Shown here: piece after piece, positions 33,368 through 46,403 of the stretch
Position numbering within the stretch: the first letter of the stretch is position 1
Layout: each line of letters opens with the position of its first letter
Source: an uncultured Acidobacteriota bacterium
GTDB taxonomy: Bacteria > Acidobacteriota > Vicinamibacteria > Vicinamibacterales > UBA8438
Length of the DNA stretch: 64,000 bases
Assembly (NCBI GenBank): GCA_913043225.1
Contig: CAJWLU010000016.1
Span: forward strand, 9,135 to 73,134
Direction: 5' to 3'
The notes under the pieces: generated by a model
The model's input: the letters and a program-made list of their open reading frames with translations, nothing else
Databases searched by the model: none
Told to the model about the DNA's origin: nothing
Position numbers and translations under genes: made by a program

Positions 33368-33551
33368 GTGAACGTCAGCTATTCTCTGGTCGGGAGGGTC
33401 GTCGGACCACGGCAATCGTCACGAGCACCCCCCCCCACGCTCTCCGACGCCTTGGGCACGAGCGACGAGCTTCATGACAGCGCGATCTGTCTATTATTCT
33501 AGCACTTATGCCGACAACCGAGAGCTCGGCTGTCCTGAGGGTCCGCCCGCC

Positions 33552-35093
<1,542 letters not shown>

Positions 35094-35100
35094 GCGCTGG

Positions 35101-35754
35101 TCAGACCGACTGTTTCTGGCTCTTAGACCAGTCGGCCAGAAACTTCTCCAGCCCGATATCAGTAAGCGGGTGATTGAACAACGCGTCGATGGCCTTGGGC
35201 GGGCAGGTGCAGATGTCGGCGCCCAGCCGTGCCGCCTCCACCACGTGGAGCGGACCGCGAATGCTGGCCACCAGGATCTCGGTCTGAAACGCCGCGCCCT
35301 CGTAAATGTCGACGATCTGGCTAATCAGGTCCATGCCGGGTGTCGCGATGTCGTCGAGACGTCCCACGAACGGGCTGACGAAGGTTGCGCCCACCTTGGC
35401 AGCCAGCATCGCCTGGGACGCAGAGAAGACCAGCGTCACATTGACCTTGATGTCCTCGCTCGTGAGCGTGTGACACGCTTCCACACCCGCCTTGCCGAAC
35501 GGCACCTTCACCACAATGTGCGGGTCGATCTGCGACAGCTCCCGTCCCTCCCGAATCATCCCGTCGGCATCGGTGGCCACGACTTCGGCGCTGACCGGCC
35601 CCTGCACCAGGTTGCAGATCTGCTTCAGCACGGTTCGAGGCTCCGGCCCCTGTTTGCCGAGCAGCGAAGGGTTGGTGGTCACGCCGTCGACGATACCCAG
35701 CGGGACGAAGGCCGCGATCTCGTCGACCTTGGCCGAATCAACAAATAGCTTCAT
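35101..35754 (-). CDS. fsa: Transaldolase / fructose-6-phosphate aldolase (FsaA/TalC type)
   Basis: GVTTNPSL, Schiff-base [23 protein letters not shown]. Confidence 0.9.
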   Translation of the reverse strand: MKLFVDSAKVDEIAAFVPLGIVDGVTTNPSLLGKQGPEPRTVLKQICNLVQGPVSAEVVATDADGMIREGRELSQIDPHIVVKVPFGKAGVEACHTLTSEDIKVNVTLVFSASQAMLAAKVGATFVSPFVGRLDDIATPGMDLISQIVDIYEGAAFQTEILVASIRGPLHVVEAARLGADICTCPPKAIDALFNHPLTDIGLEKFLADWSKSQKQSV

Positions 35755-36536
35755 ACTTCTCTCCCGGCCGTCGTCCCCGCGGACGACACCACGTTGTTCG
35801 TCACCTCGCCTACCCCGTCCACCGCCACGGTAATCCGATCGCCGGCCGCGAGCGGGCCCACCCCGGGGGGTGTCCCGGTGGAGATCACGTCGCCTGGTAA
35901 CAGCGTCATTACGGCGGTCACGAACTCGAACACCTGTCGGATCGGGAAGATAAGCTCGCGGGTGCTCGAATCCTGCCGTACCTCGCCGTTGACAGTCGAC
36001 CGCACGCCGATCGGGTGGTCGAGGTCGAGCGGCACGATACAGGGTCCGATGGGACAGAAAGTGTCGAACCCCTTCGCCCGCGTGTACTGGACGTCGCGCT
36101 TCTGCAAATCCCGGTCGGTAACGTCGTTGACGCAGGTCAGCCCCAGCACGTACTCATGGGCGCGGGCGGCCGGCACGTGGCGCGCATGGCGACTGATGAC
36201 CACGCCAACCTCAGCTTCGTAATCGACCCGGCCAGCCCCGACCGGCAGCACGATGTCGGCGCCGGGGCCGATCACCGACGTAGACGGCTTCAGAAAGATG
36301 AGTGGCTCGGCCGGCAGCGGCTTCTGCATCTCCGCCGCGTGGTCCTTGTAGTTCAGGCCCACGGCGACGACCTTCGACGGAGCCACGGGGGCCAGCACTT
36401 TGGGCGTCGTCAGGCCGAGCCTGTCACCAACCGTGTAGCCACCGAACAGGTCGCCGTCGAGCGCGTGCCAGGCGTCGTCGCGGCGGACCACATAGCGCGG
36501 CCCCTCACCGGTCTCGACCCGACAGATAGCGTCCAT
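35751..36536 (-). CDS. Fumarylacetoacetate hydrolase family protein
   Basis: VGLNYKDH, FLKP, DYEAE, NDVT, KGFDTFCP, TGTP. Confidence 0.92.
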   Translation of the reverse strand: MDAICRVETGEGPRYVVRRDDAWHALDGDLFGGYTVGDRLGLTTPKVLAPVAPSKVVAVGLNYKDHAAEMQKPLPAEPLIFLKPSTSVIGPGADIVLPVGAGRVDYEAEVGVVISRHARHVPAARAHEYVLGLTCVNDVTDRDLQKRDVQYTRAKGFDTFCPIGPCIVPLDLDHPIGVRSTVNGEVRQDSSTRELIFPIRQVFEFVTAVMTLLPGDVISTGTPPGVGPLAAGDRITVAVDGVGEVTNNVVSSAGTTAGREV

Positions 36537-36551
36537 GCGGTACTCCGAAAC

Positions 36552-38305
36552 TCAGCGCGGGCGTTCCTGAACCTGTGCCGAGGGCGGGCTCTCGTTGGGC
36601 GGCGTGGCGGTATCGACCGCAATCACCACGTAAACGTAGTCCACTCCCGGCTCGCCCGTGGTGTCTCGATAGGTGTTCTCGATCACGGGCTCCAGGGTAA
36701 GCGGCCGCAGTGTCTCACCTAGGGGCACCCCACGCAAGACCAGATAGCCGGCAAGGTCTTCCTCCTCGTTCGGCTCCCAGATCAGGCTGACGGCGCCCTC
36801 GCTGCCCACCGCCGTTAGTCCCTCGGGCTGGTCGGGTGGGAAGGTGTCGATGAAGGTCACGCAGGTCGGCGTAGAGACCACACTCCGGATATCGAGGCCG
36901 GCCACTTCGTCAAGCGAGAGAACGCCGTAACACCGCTCCACCCCGAATTCGACCCGCTTGTCCGAATAGATCGGCTGCTCCAGCGGGTTCAGATTGAGCG
37001 GGAACGGCATGGCGGTCATACCGGGCCTCTGCTCGACAACTTCAAAGAGGTCGTAGCGGGTGGCGGGCGGCCACTCGACGATCGGCGTCGACTGCAGCTT
37101 AGTCAGTGCCGACCCCGTGACACCGGTGACGCCGGTCGAACTGGTGGGGCTCGAACCTGGATTGGCTGGTGGCGTCGTACCGGGCCCGGCCGGGACCGTA
37201 GTGCCTGGCGTGATGACACCTCCGGGAGGCGTGCCGATCACGCCGGTCGGCTCGGTCACCGCTACCTGGGTCGTCCCAGCCGTGGTTGTTGCCGGCGGCT
37301 GCCCGCCGGGGGCGGCCGCGGGCGACGTAGTCGGAGCGCCAGGCTGAGCCGGTAGCGGCGCACCACCCGGGGGGAGCACCGGTCCCGTCGGCGCAGCAGC
37401 GCTCGGAGCGCCGGGGGTGGTGGGAGCCCCGGACGTCGTCCCCGGCACCGCGCCGAGGATCGTGGGCGCGGCGCCGGGAGCCGTTGCCGCCATGGTCGAC
37501 GCACCGGTGGCCGCAGCACCCGGTGCGCCCGGCGGCTGGACCGGCTCTTGTACGGTCCCCCTTACGCCGATTGGCAGCTCCCAGGCAAGGTTGACCACCT
37601 CGGCGGTGTAGGTGACGACCGGAGCGGGCGGAGCCTTCGGCGCATCGACTAGCGGCACCGAGATCCGTTCGGCCGCCTCACCTTCCTCGCCTCGAGTGGA
37701 GATACCGACCACCGCGTACTGACGCTGCAGTACGTCGGGCTGGAGCGGGGTCATCAGCGGCAAACGGATCGGCCGCTTCCGCTTGCGCCGCTTTTTCTCG
37801 ACCTCCTCCCGCTCGTCCTCCCAGGGATCGATCGGGATGAGCTTCTCCGGCGTCAGCTTATCAACGATCATCGCCGGGAACCCCTGGGCCGGGCGCGGAT
37901 CCACCTCGATCGGCCGAGGCGGCCCGACCAGATCGGCCTCTTCGACCGCCCGGGCCGCGTTCATCTCGGAAATTTCCGCCGGCAGCGCCTCGATGGTGCC
38001 GACCAACGTACCCTCCTCCATGAACTCCTCCAAATCGAGCTCACGGTCCGGGACAAGCCGTGGCTGGATGGTCATGGCGTAGACCTCGATCCGTTCGAGA
38101 TCGGCTGGCGCGGACCCGTCGACGTTCGCGATTGGGAGAGTGAAGCCGACGTGCACCTCGTCGCCCAACCGATGCACGCGCATGTCGCCCATCGGCGCCG
38201 GGACACGGACGAACGGTGACTGAGGTGGACCGCGCTTACCGCACCCAAGCAACTGGACCACAATGGCCAGCAGGATGAACAGTGCCAATTGGCGCCCGGA
38301 GAGCG

Positions 38306-38309
<4 letters not shown>
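36552..38309 (-). CDS. Lipoprotein with fibronectin type III-like domains and a long Pro/Thr/Ala/Gly-rich linker
   Basis: Lipobox LLGC followed by GKRGPP; C-terminal FN3 ([27 protein letters not shown]); low-complexity tract at about 37100-37560. Confidence 0.75.
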
Positions 38310-39718
<1,409 letters not shown>

Positions 39719-39750
39719 CAGTGAGCACTGCAGGTAGGAACAAAGTCGGG

Positions 39751-40281
39751 CTACAACTCCTCGATCGTGACATTGGCATTCGTGTAAATGCAAATGGCGC
39801 CAGCGATCTCCATGGCCTTCTCCGCGATCTCGCGAGCCGGGAGATCAGTGTGCCTGGCTAGCGCCTTCGCAGCCGCCATGGCGTAGGGTCCACCCGACCC
39901 GATAGCCACGATGCCGTCGTCGGGCTGGATCAGATCACCGTTGCCCGACAGTAAGAACGTACCGTTGGCGTCGAGCACGATCAGCATCGCCTCCAGCCGA
40001 CGCAGCAACCGATCGGTGCGCCAATCCTTGGCCAGTTCCACCGCCGACCGTTCAAGGTTGCCCCGATATTGCTCCAGCTTGGCTTCGAAGCGGGAAAACA
40101 GCGCGAACGAGTCGGCCGCCGAACCGGCGAATCCGGCTACGATCTGGTCGTTGTAGAGCCGTCTGATCTTGCGGGCCCCTTCTTTCACCACGGTGTCGCC
40201 GAAGGTGACCTGTCCGTCGCCGGCCATCACCGCCTGTCCGTTATGCCGCACAGAGAGCACCGTCGTCGCTCGCATCTTCAT
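39751..40281 (-). CDS. hslV: ATP-dependent protease peptidase subunit HslV
   Basis: ATTVLSV (N-terminal Thr nucleophile), GDGQVT, WRTDR, IGSGG, CIYTN. Confidence 0.96.
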   Translation of the reverse strand: MKMRATTVLSVRHNGQAVMAGDGQVTFGDTVVKEGARKIRRLYNDQIVAGFAGSAADSFALFSRFEAKLEQYRGNLERSAVELAKDWRTDRLLRRLEAMLIVLDANGTFLLSGNGDLIQPDDGIVAIGSGGPYAMAAAKALARHTDLPAREIAEKAMEIAGAICIYTNANVTIEEL

Positions 40282-40329
40282 CGTTCTGTCCTTTGCTTCA
40301 GGGGGTTTCGCCCCACACACCACGCGACA

Positions 40330-41709
40330 CTAGCGGGACCACCGCATGGCGAGATACACCGGGATACCGGCCGCGATCACGAGCAGCCCGGCCCCAGAAG
40401 TGGCAGGGCTGCCCAACAGCGCGTTGAGCACGATCACCGCGCTAGCGCCGGAGAACACCATGGGCGCCACCGGATAACCCCAGGCCTTGAACGGGCGCGG
40501 CTCCTCGGGGTGACGTCGTCGTAGCACGAAAAGCGACGTGACGGCCAGCCCGGCGAACAGCACCACCGCGAAGCCGGTGTACTCCACCAACTGATCGAAC
40601 CGCCCGGAGAGCACAAGCAGGCTGGCCCAGATGGCCTGGGCCACGATAGCGACCACCGGAGCTCTGAAACTGGGGTTCACCCGCGCGGCCGCCGCCGGGA
40701 ACACACCATCCCGGGCCATCGCGTAGTAGACCCTCGGACCGGCCAGAACCATGGCACTGATGCTGGCGGCGATCATGATGATGGAAGCCAAGGCAAATGG
40801 CCCGGCCACCGCCGGACCGAACAACCGATCGGCCGCGGCATCCACTACCCGGGCGTCCACCGTGGCAAACTCGGCAACGGGGAGCGCATAGATGTAGAGC
40901 AGGTTGAGGAGAAGATAGACCACCACCACGGCCACGGTCCCGAGTCCGAGCGCCAGCGGCACGTTCCGTCCGGGATCACGCATCTCCTCAGCGACATACG
41001 CCGCCGCGTTCCACCCCGAGTAGCTGAACATGACCGGAATCAGGGCCAGCACCCAGAGAGACGGCGCGATGCTGCCGCCTGCCGAGAAGTGCGCCACGTC
41101 GCCTTGGCCCCATCCGAAGCCGACCGCCACGAACCCGACCAAGAGCGCAACCTTTAGCCCGCCGAGCAGGTTCTGGACCACTCGCCCCGGCCCCAGCCCG
41201 AACATATGCACGACCGACAGCAGAGCAATGACGGCCATGGCCACGATGGCCTGAGGCGACACGGTGAGGTCGAGCAGCCCGAGCGGCAGGGTGGCCAGGG
41301 GTGTAGTGTCTGCCGCGGCGGGGAGAAACCGACCGAGATAGCTGGACAGTCCGACCGCGCTGGCGGCGATCGCGCCGGCGAAACCAGCGACGAACGAGGT
41401 CCAGCCCGTCAGGAATGCAGCGAACGGCCCGAACGCTTCGCGAAGATAGACGTACTCTCCGCCGGCCCTGGGCCGGAGCGCGGCCAGCTCAGCGTAGGCC
41501 ATGGCACCAGTGAACGCGAGCACGCCGCCGGCCAGCCAGACCGCCAGCATCGCCCACGGATTGGGCACCGAGGCGGCGACAAAGGCGGGCACCAGGAAGA
41601 TGCCGCCGCCGATGACGTTGGAAACGACGATGGCGGCGCCGTCAAACGCCCCGAGCCGGCGATCAAGCGCGTCCGGCCGGGCTGACGGCTCCTTGGGAAC
41701 AGCGGACAC
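40330..41709 (-). CDS. APC family amino acid permease
   Basis: IGGGIF, AELAA, GGEYVYL, YSGWN, EEMRDP, PRPFK; about 12 TM. Confidence 0.9.
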   Translation of the reverse strand: MSAVPKEPSARPDALDRRLGAFDGAAIVVSNVIGGGIFLVPAFVAASVPNPWAMLAVWLAGGVLAFTGAMAYAELAALRPRAGGEYVYLREAFGPFAAFLTGWTSFVAGFAGAIAASAVGLSSYLGRFLPAAADTTPLATLPLGLLDLTVSPQAIVAMAVIALLSVVHMFGLGPGRVVQNLLGGLKVALLVGFVAVGFGWGQGDVAHFSAGGSIAPSLWVLALIPVMFSYSGWNAAAYVAEEMRDPGRNVPLALGLGTVAVVVVYLLLNLLYIYALPVAEFATVDARVVDAAADRLFGPAVAGPFALASIIMIAASISAMVLAGPRVYYAMARDGVFPAAAARVNPSFRAPVVAIVAQAIWASLLVLSGRFDQLVEYTGFAVVLFAGLAVTSLFVLRRRHPEEPRPFKAWGYPVAPMVFSGASAVIVLNALLGSPATSGAGLLVIAAGIPVYLAMRWSR

Positions 41710-42194
41710 TACTGGGCGAGGATACGCCGGTTGATGTCAACCGAGTCCAGCAGCGCCCACTGATCGCCACGGTGCTTGACGAACAGGTCTATCGTGACGT
41801 CGACGAAATCGCGATGCTGGAGCATCTCGGGGTGGGTCTGTTCACCGGTGTAGCCGCGCCCGGAGTCCAGACGGAGGACCTGGGAGGCCTCGCCGGCTTC
41901 GATCCCTTCAGTACCCACCACCCGGACGTAGGCGTTTCCCCACTCCTCTTCCTCGCCCTGGCGCCTGAAAATCGCGTTGATCTGGAGGTGGCGAACGACC
42001 TCGGGGGTGGTGTTGGCCACCCGGAAAGTGACCGACGGCACGATCTTGTGCCGGCCGAGGTTGTCGAGCCCCGCGTCAAACCATCCGCTCGTAACGTCGG
42101 TGACCGCCAGTGCCGCCGGAACGTCAAGCGGCCCTCGGCAGCTCACCAAGAGCAGGACGGCCAACAGGGGAAGGTAGCGTGCTCTCACCTTCAT
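41709..42194 (-). CDS. Lipoprotein of unknown function
   Basis: Lipobox LVSC after a hydrophobic core; beta-rich mature part; TAGAAT 6 nt before the ATG. Confidence 0.7.
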   Translation of the reverse strand: MKVRARYLPLLAVLLLVSCRGPLDVPAALAVTDVTSGWFDAGLDNLGRHKIVPSVTFRVANTTPEVVRHLQINAIFRRQGEEEEWGNAYVRVVGTEGIEAGEASQVLRLDSGRGYTGEQTHPEMLQHRDFVDVTIDLFVKHRGDQWALLDSVDINRRILAQ

Positions 42195-42215
42195 GCCAGA
42201 ATTCTACAACGCCGG

Positions 42216-42959
42216 TCAGCGTGACACCCGGCGCAAGTACTCCATCAACTGCTGGCGCGCCAACTCAGCATCCTCCGCGTCGACTTCGCGGAACGTGCGC
42301 TCCATCTCCGAGAGGTCGGAGCGGCGCTGACTGGCGATCCGCTGCTCAGCCTCGCGCACCCGGTTGTCGAAGACCAGCTGCTGGCGTTGCTCGCTCTCCC
42401 GGATCAGCTCGCGGACGTTGGCGATCCAGGGATCATCACTGCTGCCTGGAATCGACGCCAATTCGGCCGGGACACCATTGACCGACGTGGCTACCTGCGA
42501 CGTCCGCATCTCCTGTCGCAGCCCGTCTCTCAGATCCGCCAGGTCAGCCGGCGACACCTGGTCGACGGCCTGCGGCTCGCCCCACCCGAGACGAACCACC
42601 AGGCCTTGCTCGCCCACCTCGAACTGCAGGTTGGCTAGCGTCGCCGTGGCGGCGAGGACCAGCACCGCCGCGGCAGCCAGGCCCCACATTCTTGGCCGGA
42701 GCGTCCTCGCAGCCCAGCTCGGCGGCGCCGGGCCGAAGAACGCCTCGTCACGTTTCGATACCAGGCGAAACCCAAGCTCTGCCTCGGGCGGCCCCCACTC
42801 GCCGAGGGTCGCGCGCACGTTCCGAAGCTCGCTTACTTCGGCCGCACACTGCGGACACGAGCGAGTGTGCTCCTCGACCCGCGCCCGTGCCGACGCATCA
42901 GCCTCTCCGTAGAGGTAGTCGAGTAACTGTTCCTGTGCGATATGCGTTGTCTCAGTCAT
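42216..42959 (-). CDS. Zinc-binding (zf-HC2) membrane-anchored anti-sigma factor
   Basis: HTRSCPQC (HxxxCxxC), single TM; start overlaps the ECF sigma stop (ATGA). Confidence 0.87.
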   Translation of the reverse strand: MTETTHIAQEQLLDYLYGEADASARARVEEHTRSCPQCAAEVSELRNVRATLGEWGPPEAELGFRLVSKRDEAFFGPAPPSWAARTLRPRMWGLAAAAVLVLAATATLANLQFEVGEQGLVVRLGWGEPQAVDQVSPADLADLRDGLRQEMRTSQVATSVNGVPAELASIPGSSDDPWIANVRELIRESEQRQQLVFDNRVREAEQRIASQRRSDLSEMERTFREVDAEDAELARQQLMEYLRRVSR

Positions 42960-43624
42960 CGGTCCAGATTCACGACTTTCCGGCTACTCTTCGCGATCGC
43001 GCCGCGACCGGCCAGAGCGGCCACGCTGCCCGGACCATCGAGTCCGCTGCGCTTCAGCTGTCGCCGCAGCACCCCGAGTCCCTGATACAACCGGGTCTTG
43101 ACCGTGCTCAGCGGACAACCTTGCAGGTCGGCAATCTCCTGAAACGTTAGCCCATGGTATTCCTTCAGGACGATGGTCGTCCGCTGCTCTTCGGGCAGCG
43201 TCGCCATCGCCTCGGTGATCACCCGCCCCAGATCCCGTCGGAGTGCACGGCCCTCAGCGGTCTCGACCGGCTGGCCCACCGGCTCCGGCTCGGACTCGGT
43301 GTCGAGGGGCAGCAGATGGTTGCCCCGCTTATCTCGACGCATCCAGTCGTGGCAGAGATTGAGCGCAATGCGATACAGCCAGGAGGAGAACTTGGCCTGC
43401 CCCTTGAAACCCTTAATCCCTCGGAAAGCACGAAGAAAGGTTTCCTGACAGACATCGCGCGCATCCTCCTCACGACCGAGAACGCGGTAGGCCAGGGCGA
43501 AGATCTGCCGCTCCCAGCGCACCACAAGCTGGTTGAAGCTTTCTGGATCACCGGCGGTCGCGAGCGCAACCAACTCTTCGTCAGTTCGTTGCATGCTGAG
43601 CACGCCGCTCTGAGTTCCACTCAT
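42956..43624 (-). CDS. ECF sigma-70 family sigma factor
   Basis: DARDVCQETF, FSSWLYRIALN, region 4 LTFQEIA...STVKTRL. Start may be ATG 43594. Confidence 0.92.
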   Translation of the reverse strand: MSGTQSGVLSMQRTDEELVALATAGDPESFNQLVVRWERQIFALAYRVLGREEDARDVCQETFLRAFRGIKGFKGQAKFSSWLYRIALNLCHDWMRRDKRGNHLLPLDTESEPEPVGQPVETAEGRALRRDLGRVITEAMATLPEEQRTTIVLKEYHGLTFQEIADLQGCPLSTVKTRLYQGLGVLRRQLKRSGLDGPGSVAALAGRGAIAKSSRKVVNLDR

Positions 43625-43710
43625 GGTTCCGTGCCTGGATCGTCTCCATCGTCGTGGTCAAAATCACGCGGCCAACCGCCACTGATGACAGGCAGCCGCC
43701 CACACACCAT

Positions 43711-43738
43711 TAGACGCCAGCAGCGCCGCATTAGTCTT
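43711..43738 (-). promoter_or_regulatory. Putative ECF-type autoregulatory promoter (AAGACT-N16-CGTCTA)
   Basis: Minus-strand elements spaced 16 nt with a CGTC -10 core, upstream of the ECF/anti-sigma pair. Confidence 0.45.
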
Positions 43739-43824
43739 GTCCTTTTCACCGGTGTGTCGCGACCCCTAGCCGACACTGCCCAAGCATGGCAGAAAGTGCT
43801 ACTCTACGCGGCGGACGATCTAGG

Positions 43825-44187
43825 ATGCTCGACGAGGCCTTTTCTCACAACGGACGAGGTAATCGGATATCTGCAGGTTAACCTGCGAACGATTTACCGT
43901 CTCATCAAGGCGGGTCAAATCCCGACGGACACGCCGCGCTGGGGCGCCTCCGGCTATCCGGCTACGACCTACTGATTACGAAACTACAGATGCCGGACAT
44001 GGACGGGCTCACGGTCATCAGCGAAGCCCGTCGGCTACACGCCAACCTGCCCGTGATCGTCATCACCGGATTCTCGATAGAAGCCAGAGCCATTGAGGCG
44101 GCCAACGTCGGCGTCTCCGGCTACCTGACCAAGCCATTCAAGGCCCCCAAGGTCCTGTCGGTCGCGGCCTGGGCGCTGGACGAGTAG
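43825..44187 (+). pseudogene. Disrupted HTH_17 (excisionase-like) + receiver-domain response regulator
   Basis: ATG 43825 MLDEAF, then +1 shift in a T4 run into FLTTDEVIGYLQVNLRTIYRLIKAGQIP; out-of-frame jump to GYDLLITKLQMPDMDG...TGF...YLTKPF. The receiver N-terminus is missing and the phospho-Asp position reads K. Confidence 0.78.
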
Positions 44188-44229
44188 CGACCACGCGCTA
44201 TCCTGGCGCGATCCGCCGTTTCCGTAACC

Positions 44230-46224
44230 ATGCTCCAACTCTCCGCGCTCACGAAAGGGTTCGGAGGCCGCACCCTCTTCGACCGGATCACCTGGCAGAT
44301 CTCCAAGGGAGACCGGGTGGGGCTGTGCGGCCCGAACGGCGCCGGAAAGACCACGCTGCTCCGGATGCTGGCGGGCTTCGACGAGCCGGACGACGGCACC
44401 ATCGCCCGCCAAGCTGACCTGACGGTCGGCTACCTCCCGCAGGACGGACTGACGCACTCGGGCCGCTCGCTAGCCGAAGAGGTCAGCAGCGCGTTCCAGA
44501 CGCTGCTCAACGCCCAGAAAGAGATGGCGCGTCTCGAGGAGCAGCTCGCCGACGACGACCACTCTCGCGACGAACAGGAAGCGATGCTTGAACACTACTC
44601 GGACCTCCAGCACGAGTTCCGGGACGGCGACGGTTACAACATTGAGCTGAAAGTTGCCGGCGTACTGCGCGGCCTCGGTTTCAGTCCCAACGATTTCGAG
44701 AAACCGACCGAAACCTTCTCGGGCGGCTGGCAGATGCGGATCGCGCTGGCCACCCTGATTCTCAAGCGACCGCACATCCTGCTGCTCGATGAACCGACGA
44801 ACCACCTCGACCTCGACGCGCGCAACTGGCTCGAAGAATTCTTGGCCGGCTACCCCTACGCGCTCGTGCTCGTGTCGCACGACCGCTACTTCATGGACCG
44901 GGTCGTGACCCGGATCGCCGAAGTTGGTCTGCGCACGCTGACACCATATGTCGGCACCTACTCGGAGTATCTGGAGGCACGCGACGCCCGCATTACCGCG
45001 CTGGTCGAGCAGAAGAAGCGGCAGGACGAGGAGATTGCGCGGATGCGGCTCTTCATCGACCGTTTCCGCTACAAGGCCACCAAGGCGGCGCAGGTCCAGA
45101 GCCGGATCAAGATGCTCGAGAAGATCGTGCCGATAGAAGTCCCGGTCGCGCGCAAGCGGGTGCACTTCACCTTTCCGGACTGCCGGCAAAGCGGTCGGGT
45201 GGCGCTGGAGCTCGACGGGGTGACTAAACGCTACGGCGAGCAAACCGTGCTCGACCATGTGAACGTGCACGTCGAACGAGGCGACCGGATCGCCATCGTC
45301 GGCCCGAACGGGGCCGGGAAATCCACCTTGATGCGGATGCTGTCTGGGGCCGAGGCGCCCGACAACGGGACCCGGACCGAGGGACACAATCTCGTAGCCC
45401 AGTACTTCGCCCAAGACGAGGCAGCCCGCCTGGACCCAGGCCTGACCGTCTATGACACCCTGGGCGGCGGCTCGCCGGTCGACATGCTGCCCGCCATTAG
45501 GAACATCCTGGGCGGCTTCCTCTTTTCCGGCGACGACGTCGAGAAACCCGTCGCGGTGCTTTCGGGCGGTGAGCGAACGCGCCTGGCCGTCGCGCGCATG
45601 CTGCTGCACCCGTCGAACACGCTCCTGCTCGACGAGCCGACGAACCACCTCGACATCGACTCGACCAACGTGCTGCTAGACGCGCTGCGCGACTTCGGCG
45701 GCACCTTGATCTTCGTATCGCACGACCGCTACTTCGTCGAGCAGCTCGCCACCTCGGTGATCGAGGTGGGCGGCGCTGAGGCGGTGCGCTATCCCGGCAC
45801 CTATTCTGAGTTCCGGCTGAGCAAGCAGGAGCGGTCGGCCGCGGCCGCCCAGAAGAATCCGGTCGCACCGGCGCAGACGGCCAGCGCGACGAAGGTACCG
45901 GCGAGAGATACCGAAATCCGGCGGGCCGCCGGACGAGTCGACCGGGAAGCGCGACGGAAGAAGGCTCAGGCCGACCGTCGTCGCAGCCGCGAGCAGCAGG
46001 CGCGTCAGCAGCGGGTGGACGACCTTGAGCGCCGCATCGGTGAATGCGAAGAGGAGATCAAGGAGATCGAGGCCACCATGTCGGCCCCCGAATTCTATGG
46101 CGACCGCGAGACCGCCCAGCCGGTCATCAATCGCCACCAGAATCTGATGTGGGAGGTCGGCGATTTAATGAGTCAGTGGGAAGAGCTGCAAGAGATGGAC
46201 TGCACCAAGGAGGGTACCGGCTGA
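44230..46224 (+). CDS. ABC-F family ATPase (Uup/YheS-like, ribosome associated)
   Basis: Two ABC cassettes (GPNGAGKT/FSGGW/LLDEPTNHLD and GPNGAGKS/LSGGE), no TM, C-terminal coiled coil. Confidence 0.93.
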   Translation: MLQLSALTKGFGGRTLFDRITWQISKGDRVGLCGPNGAGKTTLLRMLAGFDEPDDGTIARQADLTVGYLPQDGLTHSGRSLAEEVSSAFQTLLNAQKEMARLEEQLADDDHSRDEQEAMLEHYSDLQHEFRDGDGYNIELKVAGVLRGLGFSPNDFEKPTETFSGGWQMRIALATLILKRPHILLLDEPTNHLDLDARNWLEEFLAGYPYALVLVSHDRYFMDRVVTRIAEVGLRTLTPYVGTYSEYLEARDARITALVEQKKRQDEEIARMRLFIDRFRYKATKAAQVQSRIKMLEKIVPIEVPVARKRVHFTFPDCRQSGRVALELDGVTKRYGEQTVLDHVNVHVERGDRIAIVGPNGAGKSTLMRMLSGAEAPDNGTRTEGHNLVAQYFAQDEAARLDPGLTVYDTLGGGSPVDMLPAIRNILGGFLFSGDDVEKPVAVLSGGERTRLAVARMLLHPSNTLLLDEPTNHLDIDSTNVLLDALRDFGGTLIFVSHDRYFVEQLATSVIEVGGAEAVRYPGTYSEFRLSKQERSAAAAQKNPVAPAQTASATKVPARDTEIRRAAGRVDREARRKKAQADRRRSREQQARQQRVDDLERRIGECEEEIKEIEATMSAPEFYGDRETAQPVINRHQNLMWEVGDLMSQWEELQEMDCTKEGTG

Positions 46225-46246
46225 CGGCACACCCTTAACGACAAAT

Positions 46247-46386
46247 CTGTCATCCACAGCCAAAATCATCAACGAGCTCTCGTAGATCGGATCGATGTCG
46301 GCGCGCGCGTCGGCCGAGGGGCCCGGTTCCGGGTTCACTTGCTGGTGGCTCACCATACCGTTGGAACGCCGGCTACGGCTGGTTGA
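46247..46386 (+). pseudogene. Remnant of a sensor histidine kinase (HATPase_c C-terminus)
   Basis: LSSTAKIINELS*, then frameshift to RIDVGARVGRGARFRVHL, matching the end of HATPase_c; directly before an NtrC-type regulator. Confidence 0.55.
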
Positions 46387-46403
46387 GTCAGGAGTGCCCG
46401 GGC

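Noticed and set aside
37100..37560. Repetitive GC-rich tract as a CRISPR array or tandem repeat
   Set aside because: It is low-complexity coding sequence (Pro/Thr/Ala/Gly) without identical spaced repeats; no cas genes in the window.
43825..43975. Excisionase-like HTH as a prophage remnant
   Set aside because: It is joined to a receiver-domain fragment, so it is part of a response regulator.
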